A stretch of DNA of 64,000 nucleotides from Candidatus Methylomirabilota bacterium (lineage in GTDB: Bacteria; Methylomirabilota; Methylomirabilia; Rokubacteriales; CSP1-6). Each line of letters starts with the position of its first letter. The first letter of the stretch is position 1. Below the pieces are notes generated by a model. It was given only the letters and a program-made list of their open reading frames with translations, was not told the origin of the DNA and searched no databases. The stretch covers positions 6,236-70,235 of the forward strand of contig DASQAK010000052.1 in assembly GCA_035635755.1 (NCBI GenBank). Direction: 5' to 3'. The position numbers and the translations under genes were made by a program. Shown here in pieces: positions 10,041 through 24,074 of this stretch.

Positions 10041-10753
10041 CTACGCCGGCTTCTCCAGGACGACGAGCGTCCGCGTGGCGAGCCAGCGGCGCAGCGGACC
10101 GAGGGTGGCTTCGCCCAGACGGGCGAGACGCTGGAGGGCGTGGGGCAGCGGGCGCTCCACCTTGAAGCCGAAGGTGACGAGGTACGGCAGGCCGATGAAG
10201 GGCTCGGCGCTGAGCAGGCGAAGCGGCAGCCTACCCTCGCGGACGCGCGCGAGGATCAGGTAGGGAATCGCCGCGTTGCCATCGAGGGCCGCCTTGTCGT
10301 CGCCGCCGAAGGGTCGGGTCAGGTCCACGCCGAGGCGGCAGTCCTCGTGGTGGAAATAGCGGTACAGCACCCACGAGGGTGGGGTGATCCACGGCTCTAT
10401 CATGGCCACCCGCCCGCGCGGCTGGAGGACGCGCGCGGCCTCGGCGAGAAAATCCAGGGGGCGAGGGAGATGGTGGAGCGTGTCCACGAGGAGAAGACCT
10501 CCCACGCTGGCCGACCGGAAGGGCAGGACATCGGCATCGCAGCGGACGTCCACGCGGAGCCCCGCCACCACGTCCGTGGCGACCAGACGCGGCGCGAACT
10601 CTTTCAAGAAGCCCGGGCCCGCCCCCACCTCGACTACGGGATCCATGCCCTCCACGGCGCCCAGGAGGCGCGCGAACCATTCGCGGTAGACCTGCCGCAG
10701 CTCGGGGCGCGCCTCCCACACGGCCCGGTGCCGGGCCAGGACCTCCGCCTCGG

Positions 10754-10757
<4 letters not shown>
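10041..10757 (-). CDS. SAM-dependent methyltransferase
   Basis: 238 aa from 'MTEAEVLARH'. 'VVEVGAGPGF', 'LQPRGRVAMIEPW'. ATG overlaps upstream stop (ATGA). Confidence 0.7.
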
Positions 10758-14010
<3,253 letters not shown>

Positions 14011-14019
14011 GGCCGGCTC

Positions 14020-15138
14020 TCAGCGCCTCGCCACGCTGCGCACGAGCTCGATCTCGCGCTGCACGAGCGTGCCCAGGTCGTAGCGCTCGGCGACGAGGGC
14101 TCGGCCGGCCTTCCCGAGCCGCGCGGCGAGGGCGGGGTCGTCCAGGACTCGCCGCAGGCAATCCCTGAGCTCATGGGGACTGTAGGGGTCGAAGAGCAGT
14201 CCGGTCTCGCCGTCAGCAACGAGCGATCGATTCCCGGCGCAGTCTGAGGTGATGCACGGCAGTCCACACGCCATGGCCTCAAGGAGAGCCTTCGGATGCC
14301 CTTCCGTGAACGAAGCGAGGACGAAGACGTTCGCGGAACCATAGACTACGGGCAGTTTGGCTTGTTCCACTATCCCGGGCAGGTGGATCTCGACCCCCAG
14401 TTCCCGGGCCAACGCCTCGAGATCGCCTCGGAGCGGGCCCGCACCCACCATGATGTCGAGAGCGCCATCGCCGACGTAGGACGTCGCGGTCACGATAGTC
14501 TTCAGGTTCTTCTCCATCGAGAGGCGACCGACATAGAGTATTCGCGGAGGGCCCGAACGAGGCGCCGGTCCGGCGGGCGTAAAGAGCTGGGTGTCCACGC
14601 CATTCGGGAGCAGCTCGACGCGCGAGGAGAAGCGCGAGGCCACGGAGCGGAGTTCCTCGGTCGTCGCGATAACTGCGGCCGCGTCGCGCAGGCCTTGCTT
14701 CTCGACGCGCGCCTTGAGCGGGCGCTTGAGCCAGCCCATGGGGCCTGATGCGGAGAGCTGGCCGTACCAGAAGCCATAGGTAGTGACGTAAGGAATCCCG
14801 AAGCGCTTCGTGGCTCTCCGGGCCGGGATGGTCCCCGTGATCTGAAAGACGCGCAGGGCCCGGCAGCGGCGGAACTCCCCGGCGTGCGCCGTGGCCATGG
14901 TCAGGGCCCGGCGCCCGCGGCTCATGGGATGCGCGGGGGCGATCACACGCACGCGCCTGAGGAGCGCAGGATCGCTCGTGAACTCCTCGAGGGACTCCGG
15001 CAGGTAGCTGAAGTAGAGGACCTCGCCGAAGGCATCGGCGTACGGCCGCATGTAGCCGTCGAGGAGACGCGAGAGCTGGCCGGTCTCGGCGAGGGCGCGG
15101 ATCCCGCTCCCGAGGGCGGGGAGGAACCCGATGGTCAT
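14020..15138 (-). CDS. glycosyltransferase family 4
   Basis: From 'MTIGFLPALGSG'. 'FTEGHPKALLEAMACGLPCITSD' EX7E region. ATG overlaps upstream stop (ATGA). Confidence 0.75.
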   Translation of the reverse strand: MTIGFLPALGSGIRALAETGQLSRLLDGYMRPYADAFGEVLYFSYLPESLEEFTSDPALLRRVRVIAPAHPMSRGRRALTMATAHAGEFRRCRALRVFQITGTIPARRATKRFGIPYVTTYGFWYGQLSASGPMGWLKRPLKARVEKQGLRDAAAVIATTEELRSVASRFSSRVELLPNGVDTQLFTPAGPAPRSGPPRILYVGRLSMEKNLKTIVTATSYVGDGALDIMVGAGPLRGDLEALARELGVEIHLPGIVEQAKLPVVYGSANVFVLASFTEGHPKALLEAMACGLPCITSDCAGNRSLVADGETGLLFDPYSPHELRDCLRRVLDDPALAARLGKAGRALVAERYDLGTLVQREIELVRSVARR

Positions 15139-15926
15139 GCGCGCCGCTTCCTCGCCACCACCCGGAAGCCCGTGCTCTCTTCGGGACGGCGCACCGCCGC
15201 GTCCCGCTTCCAGCGGCTGAGCCTGTCGTAGAGGCCGAGGGAAAGCCCGCCCAGAGCGTCGATGGCTCCCGCCCACGGCGTGTCGAGGACCACGGGCATG
15301 ACCGGCCCGTCCGGCTCGAACCCGGCCGCGGCCAGCTCGGCCAGGAACTCCTCCCGCGTGTACTCGACCTTGTGGTCCGGATCGGAGTACGAGAAGAGCC
15401 CGGCCTCCCGCAGGGTCTGGCGCCAGCGCGTCTCTCGATTGGGACCCGAGACGAGAAGCCGCCCGTCCTCGGTGAGGACCCGATGAATCTCCCTCAGGAC
15501 GTCCAGGCGCGGAACGAGATGCTCGATCACGTCCAGGAAGAGCGCGGCGTCGAACGAGCAGGAGGGAAACGGAAAGGCGCCCGTGATGTCCCAGGCGAAG
15601 ATGCGCGCGTTGGCGAGCCTCTGCTCGCGGATGGTGCGCGCGGCGATGGGCAGCTGGGCGAGGTCGTAGTCGAACCCGACGATGGCCCGGCACCGAGTGG
15701 CCGCCCGCGACAGGTGCGCGCCGTTGGCGCAGCCGACGTCGAGGACCCGGTCGCTCGACGAGAGATACGGCAGGTACCAGTCGTGCCACGGATGCTCGAC
15801 GAGATGCTTGGGATGGATGGCATAGGGCCGCTTGCCCGTCCAGCGCACGAGGCGGACCCCGAGGGCCTTGCCGCGGCGATTCACCACGTCCACTGCGCGC
15901 ACGGTCAGCCGGCCGAGGGGATTCAT
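15135..15926 (-). CDS. class I SAM-dependent methyltransferase
   Basis: 263 aa; 'VLDVGCANGAH', 'LTEDGRLLVSGP'. ATGA overlap with upstream GT4. Confidence 0.75.
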   Translation of the reverse strand: MNPLGRLTVRAVDVVNRRGKALGVRLVRWTGKRPYAIHPKHLVEHPWHDWYLPYLSSSDRVLDVGCANGAHLSRAATRCRAIVGFDYDLAQLPIAARTIREQRLANARIFAWDITGAFPFPSCSFDAALFLDVIEHLVPRLDVLREIHRVLTEDGRLLVSGPNRETRWRQTLREAGLFSYSDPDHKVEYTREEFLAELAAAGFEPDGPVMPVVLDTPWAGAIDALGGLSLGLYDRLSRWKRDAAVRRPEESTGFRVVARKRRA

Positions 15927-17086
15927 GGCGCCGGCCGCGCGCCGCGGCGCCGCCAGGCGGAGAGCGTCTCTTCGTACACGCGCCGCGTGCCGTCGACGCA
16001 GGCCTCCCAGCGAAAGAGGCGGTCGGCGCGCTCGCGCCCGACGGCGCCGAACTTTTCCCGGAGGGCGACGTCGCCCAGCAAGAGGAGCAGGCGCTCCACG
16101 AAGCGCTCGGGCGCCGAAGGATCGCAGACGAAGCCGCTCTGGCCCTCGGCCACCAGCTCGGGAATGGACCCGCGGTCGGAGGCGACCACGGGCACGCCCG
16201 CGGACATCGCCTCGGCCACGCTGAAGCCGAAGCCCTCCATGGCCGAGGGAAACAGGAACACGTCGGCGAGGCGGAAGTGCGCGGCCTTCTCGGCCTCGGG
16301 GACATAGCCCGTGAAGACCACCCGGGCCTCGAGGCCGAGCCGCCGGGCATGGCGCTCGAGATCGGCGCGCAGGGGGCCGCCGCCCGCGATGACGAGCCGC
16401 GCCTCGGGCACCCGGGCGGCGACCGGCGCCCAGACGTCCAGGAGCAGGAAGAGATTCTTGCGAGGCTTGAGCCCGCCCAAGAAGAGCACGACAGGGTGCC
16501 CGCGGAGGCGGTAGCGGTCGAGCAGGTCAGGCGCGAGCGGCCCGGGGACGAAAGCGGGATCGACGCCGTAGTAGACGACGGAGACGTGATCCGTGCGGAC
16601 CCCGAGCTCGGCCGCGAGCTGGCGGCGGCCGAACTCGCTTCCCACCACCACGCGATCGGAGGCCTCCACCACCCGCTTCTCGATGAGCCGGTTCAGCGGG
16701 CTCGGATCGAGGTGGTGGTGGTGCGACACCACCGGGACGTTCAAGTTGAAGCGGCGGCGGGCGATGAGCGCGCTCGGCCCGATGTAGCGGAGCGAGTGCA
16801 CGCGCAGGAGGTCGAAGGGACGCTCGTCCCACACGCGCTTGATGGCCGAGGGCACGATGAACGGCGCTACCCACCACCGCAGTCCCCGGCGCATGGGAAA
16901 GCGGTGGACGGTCCAGTGGGGCACGCCCTCGGGATGCGGCTTGCCACGGGCCAGGATGAGATCGACGTCCACCCCTGCCCGCCCGAGCCTGGCCAGGAGC
17001 TCCCGCTCATAGGTCTCGCCCCCTGAGGTCGTCTCCGGCGCGACGCCGCAATGAGGCGAGCAGATGCGCATGTCGCCCAGGCTCAT
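15923..17086 (-). CDS. glycosyltransferase family 4
   Basis: From 'MSLGDMRI'. 'FPSAMEGFGFSVAEAMSAGVPVVASD'. ATGA overlap with upstream methyltransferase stop. Confidence 0.75.
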   Translation of the reverse strand: MSLGDMRICSPHCGVAPETTSGGETYERELLARLGRAGVDVDLILARGKPHPEGVPHWTVHRFPMRRGLRWWVAPFIVPSAIKRVWDERPFDLLRVHSLRYIGPSALIARRRFNLNVPVVSHHHHLDPSPLNRLIEKRVVEASDRVVVGSEFGRRQLAAELGVRTDHVSVVYYGVDPAFVPGPLAPDLLDRYRLRGHPVVLFLGGLKPRKNLFLLLDVWAPVAARVPEARLVIAGGGPLRADLERHARRLGLEARVVFTGYVPEAEKAAHFRLADVFLFPSAMEGFGFSVAEAMSAGVPVVASDRGSIPELVAEGQSGFVCDPSAPERFVERLLLLLGDVALREKFGAVGRERADRLFRWEACVDGTRRVYEETLSAWRRRGARPAP

Positions 17087-17745
17087 GGCTTGCGCGCCGT
17101 CACGAGATAGCCGGTGGCATAGCTCGACAGGAATGGCGAGCGGGCGACCCCGGGCAGCCGGTCCATGGCGAGGAGGAGCGCGCCCAAGGGGAGCACGGGA
17201 AGCGCGGCGAGGGCGCGCAGTGGACGCGAGCCGACCTGGGCCGTGGCCTGGCGAAGCATGTGAGCGAGACTGGTGAAGAAGCGGCCCTGCTGGCTGACCG
17301 CCTCGACGCGGAGCCCCGCCCGGTCGAGAAGCTCGCCCAGCCGCGCCGCGGAGAAGCGGTGGCGGTCCAGCGGATGATCCGGCCGATGGAGGAGCGGGGC
17401 AGAGAGCACGATGCGTCCGCCGGGCACGAGCACGCGGGCGAACTCCTCGAGCATGTCCTCGTACCGGTCCACGTACTGGATGACCTCGGTGCACACGATG
17501 CGGTCGACGGACCCGCACCGGAGAGGCAGAGCCTCGGCGTCGGCGATCACATCCGGACGCTCGGCCGCATCCATGTTGAGAAGAATCCAGCGTCGCGCGC
17601 GCTCCTCTTGACGTCGGAAGCTCCCGCGGGGCACGCGCTTGCCGCCGACATCCAGGACGAGGCCCGTGAGATCGGGGGCCAGCCTCGCCAACTCGGCGTC
17701 GAGAAGCGCGCGCCGATAGGAGGTCCCGAGACGCGGTCCCCTCAC
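17083..17745 (-). CDS. SAM-dependent methyltransferase (short, ~220 aa)
   Basis: C-terminal 220 aa of ORF 17083..18969. '[10 protein letters not shown]', '[12 protein letters not shown]'. GTG overlapping upstream GT4 stop. Upstream 400 aa of that ORF are high-GC artefact. Confidence 0.65.
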   Translation of the reverse strand: MRGPRLGTSYRRALLDAELARLAPDLTGLVLDVGGKRVPRGSFRRQEERARRWILLNMDAAERPDVIADAEALPLRCGSVDRIVCTEVIQYVDRYEDMLEEFARVLVPGGRIVLSAPLLHRPDHPLDRHRFSAARLGELLDRAGLRVEAVSQQGRFFTSLAHMLRQATAQVGSRPLRALAALPVLPLGALLLAMDRLPGVARSPFLSSYATGYLVTARKP

Positions 17746-19025
17746 CGGGCCCGCACCTCGTCGTAGAGGGCGAGGAGCCGGTCGAGGCTGGTCTCGGGGT
17801 CGAAGTGCGATTCCACGCGCTTGCGCGCCGCGGCTCCCAGGGCATGGCGCAGCGGTTCGTCCAGGAGCAGCGTCTCCACCGCCCGGGCGAGCTCGGCGGG
17901 ATCGCGCGGCCTGACGAGGAGCCCGGTGACGCCGTCGACCACGAGCTCCGGAGTCCCTCCGACGCGCGTGCCCACCACCGCGCGTCCCGCACTCATGGCC
18001 TCGAGGATGACCCGGCTCAGCGAATCGGGGACGACGGAGGGGACGACGACCACGTCGGCGGCGGCGTAGAGGGCGAGCACCTCGACGTTGGGGAGGGGCC
18101 CGAGCCGGCGCACCCAGGGCGCGTCGGGCAGCGGAGTCACGCCGTCGCCCACGAAGACGAAGACGGCGTCGGGGACCGATTTCAGGATGCGCGGCGCGGC
18201 CTCCGCCAGGTCGCCCGTCCCCTTGCCGGGAGAGAACTTGCCCACGTAGAGCACCACGCGCCGGCCTTCGAGGCCATAGGCGCGCCGGATGTCCGCGGCC
18301 AGCGAAGGGATGGCGGGCACCGTGGGAGGCGGGATCGTGTACACGGTACGCAGGCGCCGGACGCCGTCGAGAAGGCCCGATCGGCTGTAGATCCCGAGAA
18401 TGCCGTCGCTGACCCCGACCACGGCGTCGACGCGACGGAGGAAGCGCTGCTTGACGCAGGCATCGAGCCAGCCCGCGAGGAAGGCGAGCTTGGTCATGAG
18501 CCGGGAGCGCCGGCCCCGCATGTAGAGATCGAAGTACTCGACCGAGCATTCGCCCCACAGCTTCCGAACCCCGCAGTCGTCCGGTCGCCGATCCCCGTGA
18601 TGGAGGCACATGGGCGAGGGGTCGATGAGGCTGCCGTCCCGTATGGTCAGCAAGACCGGCACCCGGGTCAGCCAGCGCGCGATGAGGGACGGGACGAGCA
18701 TGTGCTTGTTCTGGGCGTGAAGGACATCGGCGCCCTCGCGGCGGACGAGGCGCGCGAGCTGGAGCCCGGCCCAGAGCGCGAAGAGGGGGCTCTGCAGCAT
18801 GCGCTGGGGGAGCACGGTGCGGCCCGGCGGGCGCTTGAACGGGAAGGAGAAACGTCGGATGACGAAGCCCGCGCTCTCCTCGACGGGGGCCGCTCCGTAG
18901 TTGGGGGTGGCGACCATCACCTGCGCCCCGCGCCCCGCGAGGGCAGTGGCGAGCGCCTGCGTGCTCCATTCCGTGCCGCCCGGGGCGTGCGGCGGGAAAT
19001 ACTCGTTGGCGAGACAGACCTTCAC
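17742..19025 (-). CDS. glycosyltransferase family 4
   Basis: From '[19 protein letters not shown]' (GT4 N-terminal domain). '[24 protein letters not shown]'. GTGA overlap with upstream stop. Confidence 0.8.
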   Translation of the reverse strand: MKVCLANEYFPPHAPGGTEWSTQALATALAGRGAQVMVATPNYGAAPVEESAGFVIRRFSFPFKRPPGRTVLPQRMLQSPLFALWAGLQLARLVRREGADVLHAQNKHMLVPSLIARWLTRVPVLLTIRDGSLIDPSPMCLHHGDRRPDDCGVRKLWGECSVEYFDLYMRGRRSRLMTKLAFLAGWLDACVKQRFLRRVDAVVGVSDGILGIYSRSGLLDGVRRLRTVYTIPPPTVPAIPSLAADIRRAYGLEGRRVVLYVGKFSPGKGTGDLAEAAPRILKSVPDAVFVFVGDGVTPLPDAPWVRRLGPLPNVEVLALYAAADVVVVPSVVPDSLSRVILEAMSAGRAVVGTRVGGTPELVVDGVTGLLVRPRDPAELARAVETLLLDEPLRHALGAAARKRVESHFDPETSLDRLLALYDEVRAR

Positions 19026-19807
19026 GCCGCGGCCACCTCGCGCACCGTCACGTAGCCCCCGGAGGGCGCGCCGACCTGGAGGCGCTCCAGCCAGCGGATC
19101 CCTCCCCGCACGATGTCGCGGTCGTGGAACGCGCGCACCCGGCGGTCGTCGACGAGCACGAGCCCGTCGGCGGGAGCCCACGCCTGGGCCCCCAGGCAGG
19201 AGACATAGCGCAGGCCCGCCGCCGCCGCGGCCGTCAAGGTCTTGCGCGAGAGCACGTTGCCGGGAGGGACGAGGGTCTCGACCTTGCGGCCGAGAAAGTC
19301 TTGAAGGATCTCCTGGGAGTTCCTGACGTGCTCGCGATGAACGGACTCCGGCAGCCAGTCGTAGAACTCGCGATGGTCGGCGCGATTGCCGGAGAACAGG
19401 CGAGGCCGGAACCGTCCGCGCTCCAGCACGCAGTGGGTGTAGCCATGGTTGGCGACCTCGAGGAGCCCCCGGTCCACGCCTGAGCGGACCACACGACTCG
19501 CCTCGGGGAACTTGCGCGGATACGGAGTGATCGAGCCGTCGTCCTCGACCCAGCCCGCGGTCACGCCGACGGTCAGGCGCGAGCCGTGACGCTCGAGCCA
19601 GTCGAGGACGGCTTCCCAGTCACGCCCGCCGAGCTCGCGATAAGGCCCCCACCGCTTGATGGGCGGCAGGTACTTGAAGAAGAGGAGGTTGCCGGGAAAC
19701 AGCACCCGCAGCCCGCCCAGCTCGAGCCGGGTGATCCCGTACACCTCGTTCCGCTTGGAGGCGGCACCGACGTCGTCCATGCGCAGCGCCATCGCCGGCC
19801 CGGTCAC
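19022..19807 (-). CDS. polysaccharide deacetylase-like (CE4/NodB-homology) protein
   Basis: CE4-like motifs 'RMDDVGA' (Asp-Asp), 'NHGYTH' (His-X3-His), 'LVPPGN'. Assignment tentative. Confidence 0.5.
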   Translation of the reverse strand: MTGPAMALRMDDVGAASKRNEVYGITRLELGGLRVLFPGNLLFFKYLPPIKRWGPYRELGGRDWEAVLDWLERHGSRLTVGVTAGWVEDDGSITPYPRKFPEASRVVRSGVDRGLLEVANHGYTHCVLERGRFRPRLFSGNRADHREFYDWLPESVHREHVRNSQEILQDFLGRKVETLVPPGNVLSRKTLTAAAAAGLRYVSCLGAQAWAPADGLVLVDDRRVRAFHDRDIVRGGIRWLERLQVGAPSGGYVTVREVAAA

Positions 19808-20640
19808 TTGCGGGCCAGGAGCTCGATGTGGGGCCCGACGCCGAAGAGCCGGTAGTAGGCCCGCACGAGCGGCCATAGCGGGCTGCCCGTCTCGGGCAGT
19901 CGCGCGTCGGCGGGCTCGAGCCTCGTCACCTGCCGGGCGCCCGCTTCCCGCACGAGCGACTCGAGGCGCCGCGGCAGGAGCGGGGTCAGCGTGTCCACGA
20001 AGCCCGTGGGACGCCCGCGCGCCCGGAGATACCAGCGCGCGAGCGCCTTCGGCATGCGCGGCACCCAGAAGAGCTTGTAGTGCCCCTCGTAGCACGCGAG
20101 CGCGCTCGGAGCGTGGACGTACACGGCCCCGCCCGGGCGCGCGACCCGAAGCATCTCGCGCACGGTGGCGGGCACGCTCTCGACGTGCTCGAGCGTCGAG
20201 AAGCAGTACACGACGTCGAAGCACGCGTCGGGGAACGGCAGGGCCTCGGCGGCGCCGAGGAGGCAGATCGGCCCGCCCTTCTCGGCGTCGGCTTTGAGCC
20301 GGCATATCTCGACGGCGGCCGGCTCGGCGTCGATTCCGACGGCGCTCGCGCCGGCGCGCTGGGCGACCATGGTGAAGCCTCCGGTGCCGCAGCCCACGTT
20401 GAGGAGCCGGAGACCCGCCACCCTCCGTCCGATCGCCGATTCCAGCCGGGAGAGATGGCGGGTCTCGAGAGCTTCCTCTCCGAGTCGGACGGCCACGAGA
20501 TCCTGCCAACCGGGCACGCCCAGGGTGTCCCGATAGTAGCGGGTGTAGTACTCGGCGAGCCGCCGTCGCACCGCCTCCGGCCAGGCCTCGACGTCTCCCG
20601 CTCCTCGCGCCACCGTCACGGCGGGCGCTCCCGCCTTCAC
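19804..20640 (-). CDS. class I SAM-dependent methyltransferase
   Basis: 'LLNVGCGTGGF', 'ARPGGAVYVHAP'. GTG start overlapping stop of upstream DegT gene. Confidence 0.75.
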   Translation of the reverse strand: MKAGAPAVTVARGAGDVEAWPEAVRRRLAEYYTRYYRDTLGVPGWQDLVAVRLGEEALETRHLSRLESAIGRRVAGLRLLNVGCGTGGFTMVAQRAGASAVGIDAEPAAVEICRLKADAEKGGPICLLGAAEALPFPDACFDVVYCFSTLEHVESVPATVREMLRVARPGGAVYVHAPSALACYEGHYKLFWVPRMPKALARWYLRARGRPTGFVDTLTPLLPRRLESLVREAGARQVTRLEPADARLPETGSPLWPLVRAYYRLFGVGPHIELLARK

Positions 20641-21803
20641 GGCTCGAGCGCGGAGACGAGCGCTTCGGCGACGAGCCGGCGCTCTTCCGGCGTGATGCCG
20701 ACCGAGCACGGCAGGGACAGTCCCCGGTCGTACAGCCGCGTGGCGACCTCGACCCGGTACGTCAGCGCGGACTTGAACGCCGGCTGCAGATTGAGCGGGC
20801 GCCAGAGCGGGCGCGCCCCGATGCCCTCCGCATTGAGCCGGCGCAGGAGCGCCCGCACGTCGGGGCCGCGTCGCTCGTCGAGAAGGAGCGAGGGCATCCA
20901 GTAGGTCGAGCGCGCCCAGGGCGCTTCCGTGAAGACCGTGAGCCCTGGCACGCCGCCCAGGAGCTCACGATAGTGGGCGGCGGTGGCGCGCTTGGCCTCG
21001 ATGAAGGCGTCGAGCTGCTCGAGCTGGGCGACGCCCAGCGCCGCCTGGATGTTGGTCAGGCGATAGTTGAAGCCGACCTCGTCGTGGACGAACTCGAGGG
21101 CGTCGCCCCGCGCCTGCGTGGTCAGGGACCGGACACGGGCCGCCACCCCGGGATCCCGCGTCAGCACCATGCCGCCCCCACCCGTCGTGATGATCTTGTT
21201 GCCGTTGAAGGACAGGCAGCTCACGAGGCCGTCGCCGCCCACGGCGCGTCCCCGGTAGCGGGCGCCGAGCGCCTCCGCGGCATCCTCGACCACGGCGAGA
21301 GGGTGGCGCCCCGCGATCTCGAGAATCGCGTCGAGGTCGCACGGATGTCCGTACAGATCCACGGGCACGAGCGCGCGCACGACGCGGCCCGTGGCGCGAT
21401 GCACGACGTGGCCCGCCTTGACCAGGCACTCGCGCGAGAGGAAGTCGGCCGTCTTCTCCGGGTCGAGCCCCCACGAGGTCTCCTCCGAGTCGAGGAAGAC
21501 GGGCTCGGCGCCGCAGTAGGCGATGGCATTGCCCGTGGCCATGAAGGTGAGGGCGGGCACGAGCACGAGATCGCCCGGCTTGACCCCCGCGACGAGGAGC
21601 GCCACGTGAAGCGCGGCCGTGCCGTTGACGGTGGCCACGGCGTGGGCCACGCCCACGTGCGCCGCCACCTCGCGCTCGAAGCGGTCCACGAAGGGCCCGG
21701 CCGAGGACACCCAGCTGGTGTCGAGGCATTCCTTGACGTACTTCCACTCGTTGCCGGCGAGGTAGGGAACCGCGTTGGGGATTCCGCGCCCGGGCCCGCT
21801 CAC
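20637..21803 (-). CDS. DegT/DnrJ/EryC1/StrS-family PLP-dependent sugar aminotransferase
   Basis: C-terminal 388 aa of ORF 20637..22574. 'GVAHAVATVNGTAALH', 'SFNGNKIITTGGGG' (PLP lysine), 'GFNYRLTNIQAAL'. Confidence 0.85.
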   Translation of the reverse strand: MSGPGRGIPNAVPYLAGNEWKYVKECLDTSWVSSAGPFVDRFEREVAAHVGVAHAVATVNGTAALHVALLVAGVKPGDLVLVPALTFMATGNAIAYCGAEPVFLDSEETSWGLDPEKTADFLSRECLVKAGHVVHRATGRVVRALVPVDLYGHPCDLDAILEIAGRHPLAVVEDAAEALGARYRGRAVGGDGLVSCLSFNGNKIITTGGGGMVLTRDPGVAARVRSLTTQARGDALEFVHDEVGFNYRLTNIQAALGVAQLEQLDAFIEAKRATAAHYRELLGGVPGLTVFTEAPWARSTYWMPSLLLDERRGPDVRALLRRLNAEGIGARPLWRPLNLQPAFKSALTYRVEVATRLYDRGLSLPCSVGITPEERRLVAEALVSALEP

Positions 21804-22786
21804 CGCGACCCCGCTTCCGATTCGTGGCGCAGGCGATACCAGGCGAAGGTCTCGCGCACGCCCGCCTCGAGGGAGACCTTGGCCACGAAGCCCGTGAGCT
21901 CGCGAAGGCGCCCGATGTCGGGACAGCGCCGGGCGACCGACCCCGCGGGCGCGGCCACCCGCTCGAGCCTCGGCGCGAATCCCGCCTCTCTCAGCACGAG
22001 GCTCGCCAGATCCTCTATCCGCGTCTCCTCCGTGTCGTTGCCGATGTTCACGACCCGGCCCGAGGCCGCCGGTGTGGCCATGAGCCTGACCATGGCCTCC
22101 ACGGCGTCCGAGACGTGGCAGAAGGCGCGGCGCTGATCGGTGCCGTAGACGCGGAAGGGGTCCTCGCGGCGGAGCGCGCGGAGCGACAGCTCCGGGATGA
22201 CATGATCGGCGCCCATGCGCGGCCCGTACACGTTGTGGAAGCGCCCGATGACGGACGGGAGCGCGCGGGCGCGGGCGGTGTGGATCACCGCCGCTTCCCC
22301 CAGGATCTTGCTCGCCGCGTAGGCGAAGCGAGGCGCGGCCACGTCGGGCACGGACAGCGGCACGTCCTCGGGGGTGGGCACCGCCACCGTGCCCGCCGAC
22401 ACGCCGCCCGCATAGGTCTCGCTCGTCGAGGCGAAGAAGAGCATGCCGGCCTCGGGCGTGAGCCAATCGAGCAGGCGCATGAGGGCGAGCGTGTTGGTGC
22501 GGATCACCCGCGCGGGGTCGGTCTCGACGTTGCGCACGCCGACCACGGCCGCCAGCATGTAGACGGAGTCCCACCGCGCGGGCAGCTCCCGGAGCGCGTC
22601 CTCGCGGGTGAGGTCGGCCTGGACCAGGGTCACGCTCGGCCGCCCGCAGAGGGCTTCGATCTCTCCGTCCCGTCGGCCGCGTGAGAAGTCGTCGACCAGG
22701 GTGAGGGCGTGGCCCTCGGCGGCGAGGCGCGCGGCCAGGTGGTAGCCGATGAACCCCGCTCCGCCCAGGATCAGCGTCCTAGCCAT
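21800..22786 (-). CDS. NAD-dependent epimerase/dehydratase (extended SDR)
   Basis: 328 aa; 'LILGGAGFIGYHL', 'YAASKILGE' (YxxxK). Confidence 0.8.
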   Translation of the reverse strand: MARTLILGGAGFIGYHLAARLAAEGHALTLVDDFSRGRRDGEIEALCGRPSVTLVQADLTREDALRELPARWDSVYMLAAVVGVRNVETDPARVIRTNTLALMRLLDWLTPEAGMLFFASTSETYAGGVSAGTVAVPTPEDVPLSVPDVAAPRFAYAASKILGEAAVIHTARARALPSVIGRFHNVYGPRMGADHVIPELSLRALRREDPFRVYGTDQRRAFCHVSDAVEAMVRLMATPAASGRVVNIGNDTEETRIEDLASLVLREAGFAPRLERVAAPAGSVARRCPDIGRLRELTGFVAKVSLEAGVRETFAWYRLRHESEAGSR

Positions 22787-24071
22787 AGCCGATCCCCGCG
22801 TAGCGCACGCCCGCCCCGCGGACGGTCTCCTCGTCGAGGATGCGCCAGGCGTCGTAGAGGACGGCGGACCGGCGCAGGCGCGGCAGGAGCCGGCCTAGGT
22901 CGAGCTTGGCGTACTCGGGATGGTTGGTGACCACGAGCACCGCGTCCGCGCCGTCGAAGGCCGCCTCCGCCGTGACCGGCTCGGCACCGAGGCCGCGGAT
23001 GATGTCCGCTCCCACCAGGTAGTCGTGACCGCGAAGAGAGAGCCCGGCCGCGCGGAAGAGGGGGAGCATGGGCACGATGGGCGCGCCGCGCATGTCGTCC
23101 GTGGGCGGCCAGCCCTTGTAGGCCCAGCCGAGCACGGAGAGCCGCGCGCCCTCCGCGCTTCCGCGCGCGGACCGGATCATGGCCACGAGCCGCTCGGCGA
23201 CGTGGCCCGGCAGGTGCTCGTTGAGCCCGCGCGCCTGCCCGACCAGCCATGGCGTGTAGCCCGTCGCCCGCGAGGCGCTGATCAAGATGTACGGATCCTT
23301 GGACAGGCACGCCCCGCCCACGAAGCCGGGCTTGGCGAGGTCGGGGCGCGGATAGTCGACATTGGAGGCCCGGATGACTTCGAGCGGATCGAGCCCCCAC
23401 CGCTCGGCCACGAGGGCGATCTCGTTGCCGTAGGAGTAGATCAGGTCCGTGTGGCAATTGTTCGCGAGCTTGACCAGCTCCGCCGCCTCGAGCGAGGAGA
23501 CGGAGACCACGCGGCGGGTCACCCGCTCGAAGAGCTTGGCGGCCGCGCGCCCGCTCTCGGGATCGAGGCCGCCCACCACCTGCGGAAGCTCCTCGAGCTC
23601 GCGCAGCGCCTGTCCCTGGATGGTCCGCTCGGGCGCGAAGGCCAGCCTCGCGTGTCCCCAGGCCGAGAGCAGCTCGGGCAGGACCACGGCGCGGCTCCCT
23701 CCCACGGGCACCGTGCTGCGCACGATCACGAGCGTGTCGGGGGCGCAGCGCTCCGCCACGTGGCGCGCGGCGGCCCGCAGATTGCCGAGCTCGGGCCCGC
23801 GCGTCTCCGGATTGACCGGCGTGGAGACGCAGATGATGGCGGCCTCGACCCCGCGGGCGGGCAAGACGGAGGCGACGTGGAGACGATCGCCCAGAAACGT
23901 GCCGAGTCCCTCGTCGAGCCCGGGCTCGTAGAGGTGCGGCCGGCCCTGGGCGAGCGCGTCGAGCACGGCGGGCGAGGTGTCCACGCCGTGCACGATGAAG
24001 CCCTTGCGCGCAAGCGTCACCGCCAGCGTGAGCCCCACGTAGCCCAGCCCCACCACCCCGACCGTAGTCAT
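22779..24071 (-). CDS. nucleotide-sugar dehydrogenase (UDP-glucose/GDP-mannose dehydrogenase family; WbpA/WecC-like)
   Basis: 430 aa; N-terminal 'VGVVGLGYVGL', catalytic-Cys motif 'GFVGGACLSKD'. Confidence 0.85.
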   Translation of the reverse strand: MTTVGVVGLGYVGLTLAVTLARKGFIVHGVDTSPAVLDALAQGRPHLYEPGLDEGLGTFLGDRLHVASVLPARGVEAAIICVSTPVNPETRGPELGNLRAAARHVAERCAPDTLVIVRSTVPVGGSRAVVLPELLSAWGHARLAFAPERTIQGQALRELEELPQVVGGLDPESGRAAAKLFERVTRRVVSVSSLEAAELVKLANNCHTDLIYSYGNEIALVAERWGLDPLEVIRASNVDYPRPDLAKPGFVGGACLSKDPYILISASRATGYTPWLVGQARGLNEHLPGHVAERLVAMIRSARGSAEGARLSVLGWAYKGWPPTDDMRGAPIVPMLPLFRAAGLSLRGHDYLVGADIIRGLGAEPVTAEAAFDGADAVLVVTNHPEYAKLDLGRLLPRLRRSAVLYDAWRILDEETVRGAGVRYAGIGYG

Positions 24072-24074
24072 GGC

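Noticed and set aside
17083-18969. 628-aa ORF (full extent)
   Set aside because: Only the C-terminal ~220 aa form a methyltransferase. The N-terminal 400 aa are Arg/Gly/Pro repeats overlapping the GT4 gene at 17742..19025.
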